Source of the DNA: a virus
DNA: 64,000 nt
Reading direction: 5' to 3' (one strand)
Virus record (IMG/VR): IMGVR_UViG_3300044614_001341
Span: 1-64,000 of that record
Position numbers and translations under genes: made by a program. The notes under the pieces were generated by a model. It was given only the letters and a program-made list of their open reading frames with translations. It ran no database searches and was not told where the DNA came from. This document shows positions 10,774 through 19,394 of the stretch, piece by piece (within the stretch, counting starts at the first letter, position 1; each line of letters opens with the position of its first letter).

Positions 10774-10879
10774 TTAATTGCTTTTCCACATTATAGGATG
10801 GTTCTGGTTTTCTGTAAAGACCTGGCCAAGTATCTCTAATAATTTCTGCGAGTTTATAAGAAGTTTCTGAAGTGATCAT
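10739..10879 (-). CDS. Small hypothetical protein (MITSETSYKLAEIIRDTWPGLY...)
   Basis: 46-aa ORF read by hand, starts immediately after the gnd stop. Confidence 0.55.
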   Translation of the reverse strand: MITSETSYKLAEIIRDTWPGLYRKPEPSYNVEKQLNDERILDRNGK

Positions 10880-10880
10880 T

Positions 10881-11924
10881 TTATCTAACGCGGTGTCCTC
10901 CAAACATAAACCTCATTCCGTTCAAGATTTTTGCTCCGAACGATCCGAGATTGCGTGAGTTAAATCTTTCAAATAAGGCAGTAGTAATGACAGGAGCGGG
11001 AACCCCCAGATCCACAGCGGCAGAAACAGTCCAACGACCCTCACCGCTGTCGGATACACCTCCAGAGAACTGTTTAAGGCTACCATCCCTGCGTAACACA
11101 TCAGCAGTAAGATCGAGTAACCAAGACCCAACCACGCTACCACGACGCCATAACTCAGCAACCTCAGCAACGTCAATATCATAGCAATAGGATTCTGGAT
11201 CTGCCATTGGGGCAACCTCTGCGTCACCTTCTCTAACATACTGAGCACCTGCATTAGCGTTCTTAATAATGTTAAATCCTTCTGCGTATGCCTGCATAAT
11301 ACCATACTCAATACCATTATGCACCATCTTTACAAAGTGTCCTGCACCTGGACCACCACAATGAAGCCAACCATGTTCCGCAGAAGTTATGTCCGAGTCA
11401 AATTGAGTCCTGGGGGCAGCGTCAATTCCTGGGGAGAGTGCATTAAAAATGCGCGAACAAGTGGCGACTGCAGTATCTCCACCTCCAACCATAAGACAGT
11501 ATCCACGATCCAAACCGTAAACACCACCACTAGTGCCGCAATCAATATACTGGATGCCCTGCTTTGCAAGTCGTTCTGCCCGTTTCCGACTGTCCTTAAA
11601 ATTGCTATTGCCATGATCAATAATAATATCTCCTTCACCACAATATCGTAGTAACTCATTAATCGTCTCCTCTACTGTTTCGGCAGGAACTACCATCATG
11701 AAGATGCCTGGTCCGTATTTGTCTGATACTCCACTCTGAGTATGTTTTACTACTTGAGCAAGGCTTTGTATAGAAGTTGTAACACCATTAACATATCCGT
11801 TTTCGTATGCTTCTTGCGCCTTTTCATAGTTCCTACGATAACCCCAAACTTCTATACCCGCCTTCATCATTCGGCGAGACATACCTTCCCCCATTCTCCC
11901 TAAACCAATTAATCCTACTCTCAT
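10881..11924 (-). CDS. gnd: 6-phosphogluconate dehydrogenase (decarboxylating)
   Basis: MRVGLIGLGRMG, DCGTSGG, GHFVKMVHNGIEYG, SDSGEGRW. Confidence 0.97.
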   Translation of the reverse strand: MRVGLIGLGRMGEGMSRRMMKAGIEVWGYRRNYEKAQEAYENGYVNGVTTSIQSLAQVVKHTQSGVSDKYGPGIFMMVVPAETVEETINELLRYCGEGDIIIDHGNSNFKDSRKRAERLAKQGIQYIDCGTSGGVYGLDRGYCLMVGGGDTAVATCSRIFNALSPGIDAAPRTQFDSDITSAEHGWLHCGGPGAGHFVKMVHNGIEYGIMQAYAEGFNIIKNANAGAQYVREGDAEVAPMADPESYCYDIDVAEVAELWRRGSVVGSWLLDLTADVLRRDGSLKQFSGGVSDSGEGRWTVSAAVDLGVPAPVITTALFERFNSRNLGSFGAKILNGMRFMFGGHRVR

Positions 11925-12127
11925 TTTTCCCAATCCTCGTAAATTTTTCTAAAATACATATCCACTTTTGTTAAACTATCCAAGTGAATATCACAAACAT
12001 AATTATGATCATCACACCATTGCAGTGCAATCTCATGAAACTTTTCTTCACTTATAACTCTCTTAACACCATACAATCTAGAAAATGATGACATCACAAA
12101 ATGCCAACACTGTTCTTCAGATTTCAT
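11921..12127 (-). CDS. Hypothetical protein
   Basis: Overlaps the talC stop and gnd start. Confidence 0.65.
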   Translation of the reverse strand: MKSEEQCWHFVMSSFSRLYGVKRVISEEKFHEIALQWCDDHNYVCDIHLDSLTKVDMYFRKIYEDWEK

Positions 12128-12782
12128 CTTTCTTATCTAGAACAGATTCCCAATCCTTCTGAAAGAGTTCTAAACCTTTATCAGTCATAATGTTCTTATA
12201 CATTGCCCAGAATACAACTGGAGGAATTGTAACTACATCAGCACCACAAAGAGCAGATTGTTCTACCTGTCTTACATCACGAAGAGATGCTGCAAGAATT
12301 TGTGTGGATGTTCCTGAGTAATCAAATGCCTTACGAATGTTTTTGATAAGTTCAATTCCATCTACAGAATTGTCCATCCAACGACCAACGAAAGGTGAGA
12401 TGAATGTTGCTCCTGCTTTAGATGCAAGAATTGCCTGAGCGACTGAGAACACAAGAGTTACATTAACTTGAATTCCTTTATCAGAAAGAAACTTACAAGT
12501 CTTAAGTCCTTCTACAGTACAAGGAACTTTAATGGTAACTGCAGGGGCAATTGAATAAAATTGTTGTGCCTGTGAAAGCATTTCTTCGACAGTATCTGCA
12601 ACCACCTCAGCAGAAATGCTTTCTAGGTTTGAAAAAGAATTTGATATTTCCTCAATAACTTCTTGAAGTTGCCTACCACTCTTAAGAATTAAAGTTGGAT
12701 TTGTAGTAACTCCATCTAATAGTCCAGTCTCATATGCTGGACTAATCATTGAAACATCTGCTGTGTCTAAAAAGATCTTCAT
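12117..12782 (-). CDS. talC: Transaldolase (TalC/Fsa family)
   Basis: MKIFLDTAD, GVTTNPTL, TIKVP, SPFVGR, ILAASLR. Confidence 0.96.
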   Translation of the reverse strand: MKIFLDTADVSMISPAYETGLLDGVTTNPTLILKSGRQLQEVIEEISNSFSNLESISAEVVADTVEEMLSQAQQFYSIAPAVTIKVPCTVEGLKTCKFLSDKGIQVNVTLVFSVAQAILASKAGATFISPFVGRWMDNSVDGIELIKNIRKAFDYSGTSTQILAASLRDVRQVEQSALCGADVVTIPPVVFWAMYKNIMTDKGLELFQKDWESVLDKKDEI

Positions 12783-12856
12783 ATAAAAGTAAGAACTCAT
12801 AAGTAATTATACTGAGTTCTTATTAGTGTGTCAGATTTTGTTATGAATTGAAGATA

Positions 12857-12937
12857 TTATAGGTCTTGTGCTACGGATAATATAAACATAATAACACCAA
12901 AGAGTTGAAAGAGAAGAAGGATTAGAAGAAAAGCCAT
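12857..12937 (-). CDS. 26-aa hydrophobic microprotein
   Basis: MAFLLILLLFQLFGVIMFILSVAQDL, read by hand. Confidence 0.4.
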   Translation of the reverse strand: MAFLLILLLFQLFGVIMFILSVAQDL

Positions 12938-12974
12938 AAAAAAAGGAGTTCTTATGGAACTCCATTATTTATTT

Positions 12975-13109
12975 TTAAGTTTGTCCTTGTGAATAGACGG
13001 GTTGTAAAATACCACCATCTTGATCATCATCATTATCGTGATCCTCATTGAGAATAACGATTAAGGCAAATACGAACAGAACCAAGTATAGAATATACTG
13101 TGTGGTCAT
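12975..13109 (-). CDS. Small membrane protein with acidic tail
   Basis: MTTQYILYLVLFVFALIVILNEDHDNDDDQDGGILQPVYSQGQT; start overlaps the HNH stop. Confidence 0.65.
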   Translation of the reverse strand: MTTQYILYLVLFVFALIVILNEDHDNDDDQDGGILQPVYSQGQT

Positions 13110-13669
13110 AATGGGTTTCCTTTTTGTGAATAAGATTTAAGATTTTCTACTAATATTTGAAGTTCTTGTAGGGAAGCATCGTTTTTTAGAGTGTTTGCTC
13201 TATTGCTTATGACCCACACATTACCTTTTATGTATCCTTTTTCTGGAATAATTTTATCTAGTGAAGGATTGTTTGGAGAGTTTCTAACTTCCGTGCTTTC
13301 AATTTCTATACCAAGCAATGGACATCTTTCTGGAATAATAATATCATCAAGTTCAATATTGAAGGGCAGATTGTTTTTCTTTGCCCTACTCTTTGCCCTT
13401 GCATACATCTTATATTCAGTTGTTTTTGATATTGCGTTGGGGTCAAATCTTGATTTATTAAATTCTATCGATCTCTCTTTGCGAATACATCCACAAGATT
13501 GTATTTTTCCAGAAACTATGTCATGTCTTCTAGTTTTTGTAGTTCTGCCGCCACAAGAACAAGAGCACTCACAAGCAACATATTTTTTACAGGAAGATTG
13601 ATATTCTCGTAGAATAGTTAATCTTCCATATGTTTTACCTACTAAACTCTCTTTTGGTCCGTGTTTCAT
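13106..13669 (-). CDS. Free-standing HNH/His-Cys-type homing endonuclease
   Basis: YGRLT..CECSC..SCGC N-terminus; CPLLG..PSLDKIIPEKGYIKGNVWVISNRAN. Confidence 0.85.
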   Translation of the reverse strand: MKHGPKESLVGKTYGRLTILREYQSSCKKYVACECSCSCGGRTTKTRRHDIVSGKIQSCGCIRKERSIEFNKSRFDPNAISKTTEYKMYARAKSRAKKNNLPFNIELDDIIIPERCPLLGIEIESTEVRNSPNNPSLDKIIPEKGYIKGNVWVISNRANTLKNDASLQELQILVENLKSYSQKGNPL

Positions 13670-13727
13670 AATACCTTCATTTACTATTATTATTTATAAA
13701 AATATTTATCTCAACGAAGGTATTATA
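13667..13727 (-). promoter_or_regulatory. T4-type late promoter TATAAATA inside a hairpin that covers the HEG RBS/start
   Basis: ATAATACCTTCG...TATAAATA (13691-13698)...TGAAGGTATTATG. Confidence 0.8.
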
Positions 13728-13731
13728 ACAT

Positions 13732-13753
13732 AAAAAAGACCCCGAAGGGTCTT
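13732..13753 (-). terminator. Rho-independent terminator after psbD
   Basis: AAGACCC-TTCG-GGGTCTT + T tract. Confidence 0.9.
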
Positions 13754-13782
13754 GTGCGTTTCCGCAGGGTATTATATTTTAA

Positions 13783-14847
13783 TCACAAGGCGTTTCCCCG
13801 GGGCAATACTTCCTCTGGCAGCACAAAATTTTCGTGTGGTTGGTCAACAGGTGCCATCCAAGCACGTAAGCCTTCGTTTAAAAGCACGTTCTTTGTATAG
13901 AAAGTTTCGTAACTTGGATCTTCAGCGGCACGAATCTCCTGACTTACAAAGTCGTAAGCTCTAAGGTTAAGAGCAAGACCAATAATACCGATAGAAGAAG
14001 TCCAGAGACCCATAACGGGAACGAAAAGCATGAAGAAATGAAGCCAACGCTTATTACTGAAAGCAATACCAAAAATTTGCGACCAGAATCTGTTAGCAGT
14101 AACCATTGAGTAAGTCTCTTCCTCTTGCGTAGGTTCAAATGCTTTGAATGTATTTGCTTGCCCACTGTCTTCAAATAGAGTGTTTTCTACAGTTGCTCCA
14201 TGAATTGCACAGAGTAGTGCTCCTCCCAGTATACCAGCAACTCCCATCATATGGAAGGGGTTAAGGGTCCAGTTATGGAAACCCTGAAGAAACAGTAGGA
14301 ACCTGAAGATTGCGGCAACACCAAAGGATGGTGCAAAGAACCAACTGGATTGACCCAGTGGATACATCAAGAACACTGAAACAAATACAGCAATAGGACC
14401 AGAAAAAGCAATAGCATTATAAGGACGGATGCCCACCAGGCGAGCAATCTCAAACTGACGAAGCATAAACCCTATTAGGGAAAATGCACCGTGGAGAGCA
14501 ACAAAGGTCCAAAGCCCTCCAAGTTGGAACCACCTGACGATATCCCCTTGAGCCTCAGGACCCCAGAGCAGAAGAAGAGAATGACCCATAGCATCTGCTG
14601 GGGTGCTTACCGCAGCGGTCAACGCATTACAACCTTCTAGAAATGAGGATGCTAAACCGTGTGTATAAAAACTCGTGACGAATGTAATTCCAGTAAACCA
14701 TCCACCTAATGCTAGGTAAGCACAAGGCATAAAAAGTAAACCACTCCATCCAATAAACACAAACCTATCCCTTTTCAACCAATCATCAAGTAAATCAAAC
14801 CAACTTCGTTGTTGGTTTGGCAATGAAAGTGATGAAGATACCATCAA
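13783..14847 (-). CDS. psbD: Photosystem II D2 protein
   Basis: [32 protein letters not shown]. Confidence 0.98.
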   Translation of the reverse strand: MMVSSSLSLPNQQRSWFDLLDDWLKRDRFVFIGWSGLLFMPCAYLALGGWFTGITFVTSFYTHGLASSFLEGCNALTAAVSTPADAMGHSLLLLWGPEAQGDIVRWFQLGGLWTFVALHGAFSLIGFMLRQFEIARLVGIRPYNAIAFSGPIAVFVSVFLMYPLGQSSWFFAPSFGVAAIFRFLLFLQGFHNWTLNPFHMMGVAGILGGALLCAIHGATVENTLFEDSGQANTFKAFEPTQEEETYSMVTANRFWSQIFGIAFSNKRWLHFFMLFVPVMGLWTSSIGIIGLALNLRAYDFVSQEIRAAEDPSYETFYTKNVLLNEGLRAWMAPVDQPHENFVLPEEVLPRGNAL

Positions 14848-14873
14848 TCCTCCTTTTAGTATTTCTCATATTT

Positions 14874-14902
14874 AGTTTACAATACTTAACAAAATAGGTC
14901 AA
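14874..14902 (-). promoter_or_regulatory. Sigma70-like psbD promoter overlapping an HLR1-like repeat
   Basis: TTGACC-17-TAAACT; + strand TTTACAAT-AC-TTAACAAA. Confidence 0.6.
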
Positions 14903-14911
14903 TAGAGATTT

Positions 14912-15490
14912 CTACTTACCGTATCTTTTATCAATAGGTTTGTTAGGGTCAAGTCCCTTTGCCTCTCTATATTTCCTCCATCTCTCTTTTGTTGCTTCAC
15001 TTCTTCTCTCTCTTTCTTCTTCACTAATATTTGGATTTTTAGAAGCATTCTTATTACCTTTACCTGCCTCACTCAACTTTTGTTTTGTTTCTTCACTCAA
15101 CTTTTTACCAACCATACGAGTATTACCTTCTAAACTCTTTGAGATTTTTGCCTTATGCTCCTCACTCAACTTCATACCAGTTCTAAACTGTCTCAACTTT
15201 TCTTTACTCTCTTCTGTATGCTTCAACTTACCTTTATGTGATTGACTGATTTTTTGTTTTGTTTCTTCTGTATGAACTCTTCCAGTTGGGTCCATCAGCA
15301 ACCTTACAATCTCTTCTTTACCAATAGTTCCTTCTAAACCTTTCCAAGCACAATAATCTTTGATATTACCATATTGCTCCCACAACTTTCTGTGTGCCTC
15401 TGCGTGTTCTTCCACAGTCAGTTCAATAAGATTTGATGAGTCGTCAGTTCCACCCATATGTCTTGGAACAATATGATGTTTATGTTTCAT
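14912..15490 (-). CDS. HNH homing endonuclease with NUMOD3 repeats
   Basis: HKHHIVPRHMGGTD..NLIELTVEEHAEAH; HTEETKQKIS repeats; start refined to MKHKHH behind a late promoter. Confidence 0.9.
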   Translation of the reverse strand: MKHKHHIVPRHMGGTDDSSNLIELTVEEHAEAHRKLWEQYGNIKDYCAWKGLEGTIGKEEIVRLLMDPTGRVHTEETKQKISQSHKGKLKHTEESKEKLRQFRTGMKLSEEHKAKISKSLEGNTRMVGKKLSEETKQKLSEAGKGNKNASKNPNISEEERERRSEATKERWRKYREAKGLDPNKPIDKRYGK

Positions 15491-15574
15491 TCTTACTGTT
15501 GCTGTCTCTACTACATTATTATTTATAAAAAAAGAGACCTTCACAGGTCTCCTCCGTATTATATCACATTATAA

Positions 15575-15985
15575 TCAACCAATAATACTCTCTCTCCACT
15601 CTTCACTCATATTCACCATAATTGCTTCTGCTGCTTCTGGTGTTTCGGCATATCCTTCATCAAGTAAATGTGAAAGAATGATGTCGTAAATATCTACTTG
15701 TTCTTTTTGAGTTCTTTTCATATTTCTTTCACTTTTAGTCATTTTTCCAGACATACTACCAAAATTTGTAGTACCTAACATTCCATATTTTTGATTACCG
15801 AAAAATGAGGGATTTTGTTTTGCTTTTCTTACTGTTGGTTTTTCCTGCCCCACTTTTTCAGGATTTCTTTTTGGCATTAATTTTTTTCTTCTTCCGTGAA
15901 CATCATATTCTTTATCATTAGTTCCTTCACCAATAACAACTTCCATATATGCTTCTTGAAGATTGCGAAGTTCTTGTGCGTCCAT
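15575..15985 (-). CDS. Hypothetical late protein with YDIILSHLLDEGYA C-terminal domain
   Basis: TATAAATA upstream; C-terminal domain shared with 43482..44828. Confidence 0.75.
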   Translation of the reverse strand: MDAQELRNLQEAYMEVVIGEGTNDKEYDVHGRRKKLMPKRNPEKVGQEKPTVRKAKQNPSFFGNQKYGMLGTTNFGSMSGKMTKSERNMKRTQKEQVDIYDIILSHLLDEGYAETPEAAEAIMVNMSEEWRESIIG

Positions 15986-16026
15986 AGTACAAATACCTTT
16001 TAAGTATTTATATTTTTATATTTTTA

Positions 16027-16146
16027 TCATTCATAAATCATCCCAACAGTCAGTAAGACAAAGCAAAGTATTGTGAATATCATAAGTCCTATGCCTGCCC
16101 AGATTATCCAGTTAGGCATAGGTTCGTTTTGGGTATTATGACTCAT
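16027..16146 (-). CDS. 39-aa single-TM protein
   Basis: MSHNTQNEPMPNWIIWAGIGLMIFTILCFVLLTVGMIYE; starts right after the HEG stop. Confidence 0.6.
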   Translation of the reverse strand: MSHNTQNEPMPNWIIWAGIGLMIFTILCFVLLTVGMIYE

Positions 16147-16147
16147 A

Positions 16148-16810
16148 TTATTGGTGTTTTTGTTTTCTATATTTCCAATTTTGATTTCCCTTTTTTGCTT
16201 CACTTAATTTTTTTCTAGTTTCTTCTGATGGTGTTTTGCCTTTATGTGCTTCACTCATTTTTATTTTGGTTTCATCGGATAATTTTTTACCTTTCATATT
16301 CTGATTACCTTTTTGTGCTTCGCCAACTTTTTGTTTAGTTTCATCCGAAAGTTTTCTACCAACATTCCAAGTATTTCCCATCATTTTCTGTCTTATTTTA
16401 TCTTTATGTTCCTCCGATAATTTCATTCCTTTTCTTTTTTCACTTATTTTTTGTTTTTGTTCTTCAGTCATTTCTTTACCATAGTTGGGATTTTTTTCAC
16501 CAACTCTCATTTCACTTAATTTTTTTCGTGTCTCTTCACTTACCAAAACACCAGAAGCACCTTCACCACCATCAGTTCTGTTGCGAAGAACACCTGTTCC
16601 TATATCCTTCCTCCCAAATACCACAATCATATACTTTTCGTGCTTGAATGCTTCTTCTTCAGTTAAGTTTTTCTTCAAAAATATTATTCTAGATTTATCT
16701 TTTGGTGGTCTTATATCACCATTTGTTTTATTATAAATTCTTTTTCCTTTTCCCTTTCCAATATAGTAAGGAGTTTTATCCTCTCGCAAATAAGCGTAAG
16801 TGTAATACAT
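16148..16810 (-). CDS. GIY-YIG-type homing endonuclease with NUMOD3 repeats
   Basis: YYTYAYLRED.TPYYIGKG..R; LRNRTDGGEG; SEETRKKLS repeats. Confidence 0.9.
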   Translation of the reverse strand: MYYTYAYLREDKTPYYIGKGKGKRIYNKTNGDIRPPKDKSRIIFLKKNLTEEEAFKHEKYMIVVFGRKDIGTGVLRNRTDGGEGASGVLVSEETRKKLSEMRVGEKNPNYGKEMTEEQKQKISEKRKGMKLSEEHKDKIRQKMMGNTWNVGRKLSDETKQKVGEAQKGNQNMKGKKLSDETKIKMSEAHKGKTPSEETRKKLSEAKKGNQNWKYRKQKHQ

Positions 16811-16857
16811 TTCTACTCTGTTATGGTTCGCAATAATATTTATAATACATTATACTA

Positions 16858-16910
16858 GAAAAGGTGCCCGAAGACACCTTTTCACCTGATAGATGCGAAC
16901 CACACAGGTA
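16858..16910 (-). ncRNA. Predicted ~55-nt late small RNA complementary to the HEG leader
   Basis: Own TATAAATA (16915-16922); hairpin ACCTG-loop-CAGGT; terminator GAAAAGGTG-TCTTCGGG-CACCTTTTC; no ORF. Confidence 0.6.
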
Positions 16911-16923
16911 TTAGTATTTATAT

Positions 16924-16950
16924 AAAAAAAGGAACCCCGAAGAGTTCCTT
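16924..16950 (-). terminator. Terminator after psbA
   Basis: AAGGAACTC-TTCG-GGGTTCCTT + T tract. Confidence 0.9.
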
Positions 16951-16963
16951 AACTTTATTGAAA

Positions 16964-18046
16964 TTATCCTACAGTCGGTGCTGTGAGAGCAACGGGAGTT
17001 GCTTCTGCAGCAGCAAGGTCAAGAGGGAAGTTATGAGCGTTGCGCTCGTGCATTACCTCCATCCCCAGTCCAGCACGGTTAAGAACATCAGCCCAGGTAT
17101 TAACTACACGGTTCTGACTATCAACGATACTTTGATTAAAGTTGAAGCCATTCAAATTGAAGGCCATCGTAGAAACACCAAGAGCAGTGAACCAGATGCC
17201 TACAACGGGCCAAGCGGCGAGGAAGAAGTGCAGCGAACGTGAGTTATTAAAGGAAGCATATTGGAAAATAAGGCGTCCAAAATAACCGTGAGCAGCTACA
17301 ATGTTATAAGTCTCTTCTTCTTGACCGAACTTGTAACCATAGTTCTGGGACTCATTCTCAGTGGTTTCACGAACCAGCGAGGAGGTCACCAGCGAACCGT
17401 GCATAGCACTAAACAGAGAACCACCGAACACACCAGCAACTCCAAGCATGTGGAAGGGGTGCATAAGGATGTTGTGCTCTGCCTGGAACACAAGCATGTA
17501 GTTGAAGGTTCCGCTGATACCCAGAGGCATTGCATCACTAAAACTACCTTGACCGAAAGGATAGACCAGGAACACTGCACTCGCAGCAGCAACAGGTGCG
17601 CTATAAGCAACCATAATCCAAGGGCGCATACCTAGACGGTAAGAGAGTTCCCATTCACGACCCATATAAGCATAAATGCCAATAAGGAAGTGGAAGACAA
17701 CAAGTTGGAAAGGTCCACCATTGTAGAGCCACTCATCTAGGGAAGCAGCTTCCCAGATAGGATAGAAGTGAAGTCCGATAGCGTTAGAAGAAGGAATCAC
17801 AGCACCAGAGATGATGTTGTTTCCGTAGAGGAGTGAACCAGCAACAGGTTCACGGATACCATCAATGTCCACAGGGGGAGCACCGATGAATGCGATGATG
17901 AAACAAGTAGCAGCAGCAAGCAGCGTTGGAATCATCAGGACACCGAACCACCCGACATAAAGACGGTTATCGGTTGAAGTAACCCACTGGCAGAATTGTT
18001 CCCAGAGGTTTTCGCCAGAACGGCGTGAAGCGATTGAAGCAGTCAT
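16964..18046 (-). CDS. psbA: Photosystem II D1 protein (Glu130, high-light type), intronless
   Basis: [35 protein letters not shown]. Confidence 0.99.
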   Translation of the reverse strand: MTASIASRRSGENLWEQFCQWVTSTDNRLYVGWFGVLMIPTLLAAATCFIIAFIGAPPVDIDGIREPVAGSLLYGNNIISGAVIPSSNAIGLHFYPIWEAASLDEWLYNGGPFQLVVFHFLIGIYAYMGREWELSYRLGMRPWIMVAYSAPVAAASAVFLVYPFGQGSFSDAMPLGISGTFNYMLVFQAEHNILMHPFHMLGVAGVFGGSLFSAMHGSLVTSSLVRETTENESQNYGYKFGQEEETYNIVAAHGYFGRLIFQYASFNNSRSLHFFLAAWPVVGIWFTALGVSTMAFNLNGFNFNQSIVDSQNRVVNTWADVLNRAGLGMEVMHERNAHNFPLDLAAAEATPVALTAPTVG

Positions 18047-18049
18047 TTG

Positions 18050-18160
18050 TTTAAAAGAGTAGTAAGACCATCAGGGAAATGGTGGTGATACTATTCCCCA
18101 GTCACCCTCAGACTGGGTATGAGAGACGTGATTTATACACCCATAGGTCTCGGTTAACGA
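18050..18160 (-). ncRNA. Structured psbA 5' leader, PhotoRC-II-like motif
   Basis: GAGAC..GTCTC, CCCAGTC-TGAGGGT-GACTGGG and ACCAT-TTCCCTG-ATGGT stems; family assignment from recollection. Confidence 0.65.
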
Positions 18161-18214
18161 GTGTTTAACAATGTTAAGAACTATGAGGAATCCTTAACAT
18201 TTGTTTACCTATTT

Positions 18215-18243
18215 ATCATAGCATGGTCTGCTTCTGGCGTCAA
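18215..18243 (-). promoter_or_regulatory. Sigma70-like psbA promoter
   Basis: TTGACG-17-TATGAT. Confidence 0.75.
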
Positions 18244-18404
18244 GCCCTGTACTCACCAATCTTATCTAAGACTTTGTTGAGATAATGGTGTGCCAACCAT
18301 TTTGGATCATATTCAGTTTTATTCATCCACTCTTTATCCAAATCATTTTTCAACTTAAGAACTTCGCACTTGATAATTTCTTTGGTCAATTGTCCGCGTG
18401 GCAT
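18240..18404 (-). CDS. Small hypothetical protein (MPRGQLTKEIIKCEVLKLK...)
   Basis: 54-aa ORF read by hand. Confidence 0.65.
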   Translation of the reverse strand: MPRGQLTKEIIKCEVLKLKNDLDKEWMNKTEYDPKWLAHHYLNKVLDKIGEYRA

Positions 18405-18463
18405 AATACTAAAAAAACTCTGCTCAATATTTAGAGCAGAGTTTCATATTATATTTTATTATT

Positions 18464-18991
18464 TCAAACTTGTGCAGTTTCCCTCACAGTTGTCTTCACA
18501 TATTCGAAAACCACTTCTGGAGTAGTCGCTTCATAAGGGTCGGTGTCTGCGTTGTCCCGTTGCCCCACCTCAACGAATAGTTTTTCGATGATTCCATTAT
18601 CCACGACCATAGCATAACGCCAAGAGCGATCACCGAAACCAAGGTTAGACTTATTGACGAGCATTCCCATAGAACGTGTGAAGTAAGCATTGCCGTCTGG
18701 AATGAGTTTGACTTTCTCAATGTTCTGGTCTTGTGTCCAGGCATTCATCACAAACCCATCATTAACAGAGATGCAGTAAATATCGTCGATGCCGAGACCC
18801 AGAAAGTCGTCATATTTCTCTTCGAATCCAGGTAACTGATAGGCACTGCAAGTAGGAGTGAAAGCACCAGGCAGACTAAAAATGACGACACGCTTCCCAT
18901 CGAAAAGATCTGCAGTTGTACGAGTTACAAATTCACCAGATTCACGAAACTGAAATTGGACTTGGGGTACTTGATAACCTTCGCTACGCAT
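18464..18991 (-). CDS. Peroxiredoxin (Prx5/type II)
   Basis: FSLPGAFTPTCS, ISVNDGFVM, RSWRYAM; GGAGG RBS before ATG 18991. Confidence 0.93.
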   Translation of the reverse strand: MRSEGYQVPQVQFQFRESGEFVTRTTADLFDGKRVVIFSLPGAFTPTCSAYQLPGFEEKYDDFLGLGIDDIYCISVNDGFVMNAWTQDQNIEKVKLIPDGNAYFTRSMGMLVNKSNLGFGDRSWRYAMVVDNGIIEKLFVEVGQRDNADTDPYEATTPEVVFEYVKTTVRETAQV

Positions 18992-19002
18992 AGAAACCTC
19001 CA

Positions 19003-19122
19003 TCAGAATACACCGGGGATGATTTGACCAGTAGTGAGATAAGAACCAGCGGCGGCAACGAATCCAATCATTGCAAACCAACCGTTAATACGTTCTGCAC
19101 GTTCAGTAAAAATTTTGTTCAT
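19003..19122 (-). CDS. hli: High-light-inducible protein
   Basis: Missed by track: [39 protein letters not shown]. Confidence 0.93.
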   Translation of the reverse strand: MNKIFTERAERINGWFAMIGFVAAAGSYLTTGQIIPGVF

Positions 19123-19394
19123 TGTTTTTCTCCTTGATAAGAATGATGTTGTTTAAGTTCGGGATTAGGTTGAGAAGAAATCACAGGGTTTCTTGTTTTG
19201 TTTTTGATAACGATAAAGGCATCATTCTGGTAAGTTACTGTTCCATATGGTTTTGCCCATTTTGGGTTAGCATCTGGATGTGTAGAAGTTCCTGTTGCTG
19301 CTACACCACCAATTTCTACCACAATTTCATCATTACGATCCCAGTTAAGTTCTTGAAGGGCAAGACTCAGTTGCCCTAACATTCCAGCACTCAC
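19119..19394 (-). CDS. Hypothetical protein
   Basis: Overlapping start/stop with petF and hli. Confidence 0.75.
   Translation of the reverse strand: MSAGMLGQLSLALQELNWDRNDEIVVEIGGVAATGTSTHPDANPKWAKPYGTVTYQNDAFIVIKNKTRNPVISSQPNPELKQHHSYQGEKQ

Noticed and set aside
16885-16908. Small RNA as a guide matching psbA (TGGTTC in the IWFTALG codons)
   Set aside because: Only ~6 nt identity; complementarity to the HEG leader is far better
16964-18046. Group I intron in psbA or psbD
   Set aside because: Both ORFs are continuous and full length
18992-19081. N-terminal extension of peroxiredoxin in the track
   Set aside because: Region encodes hli in another frame; RBS supports ATG 18991
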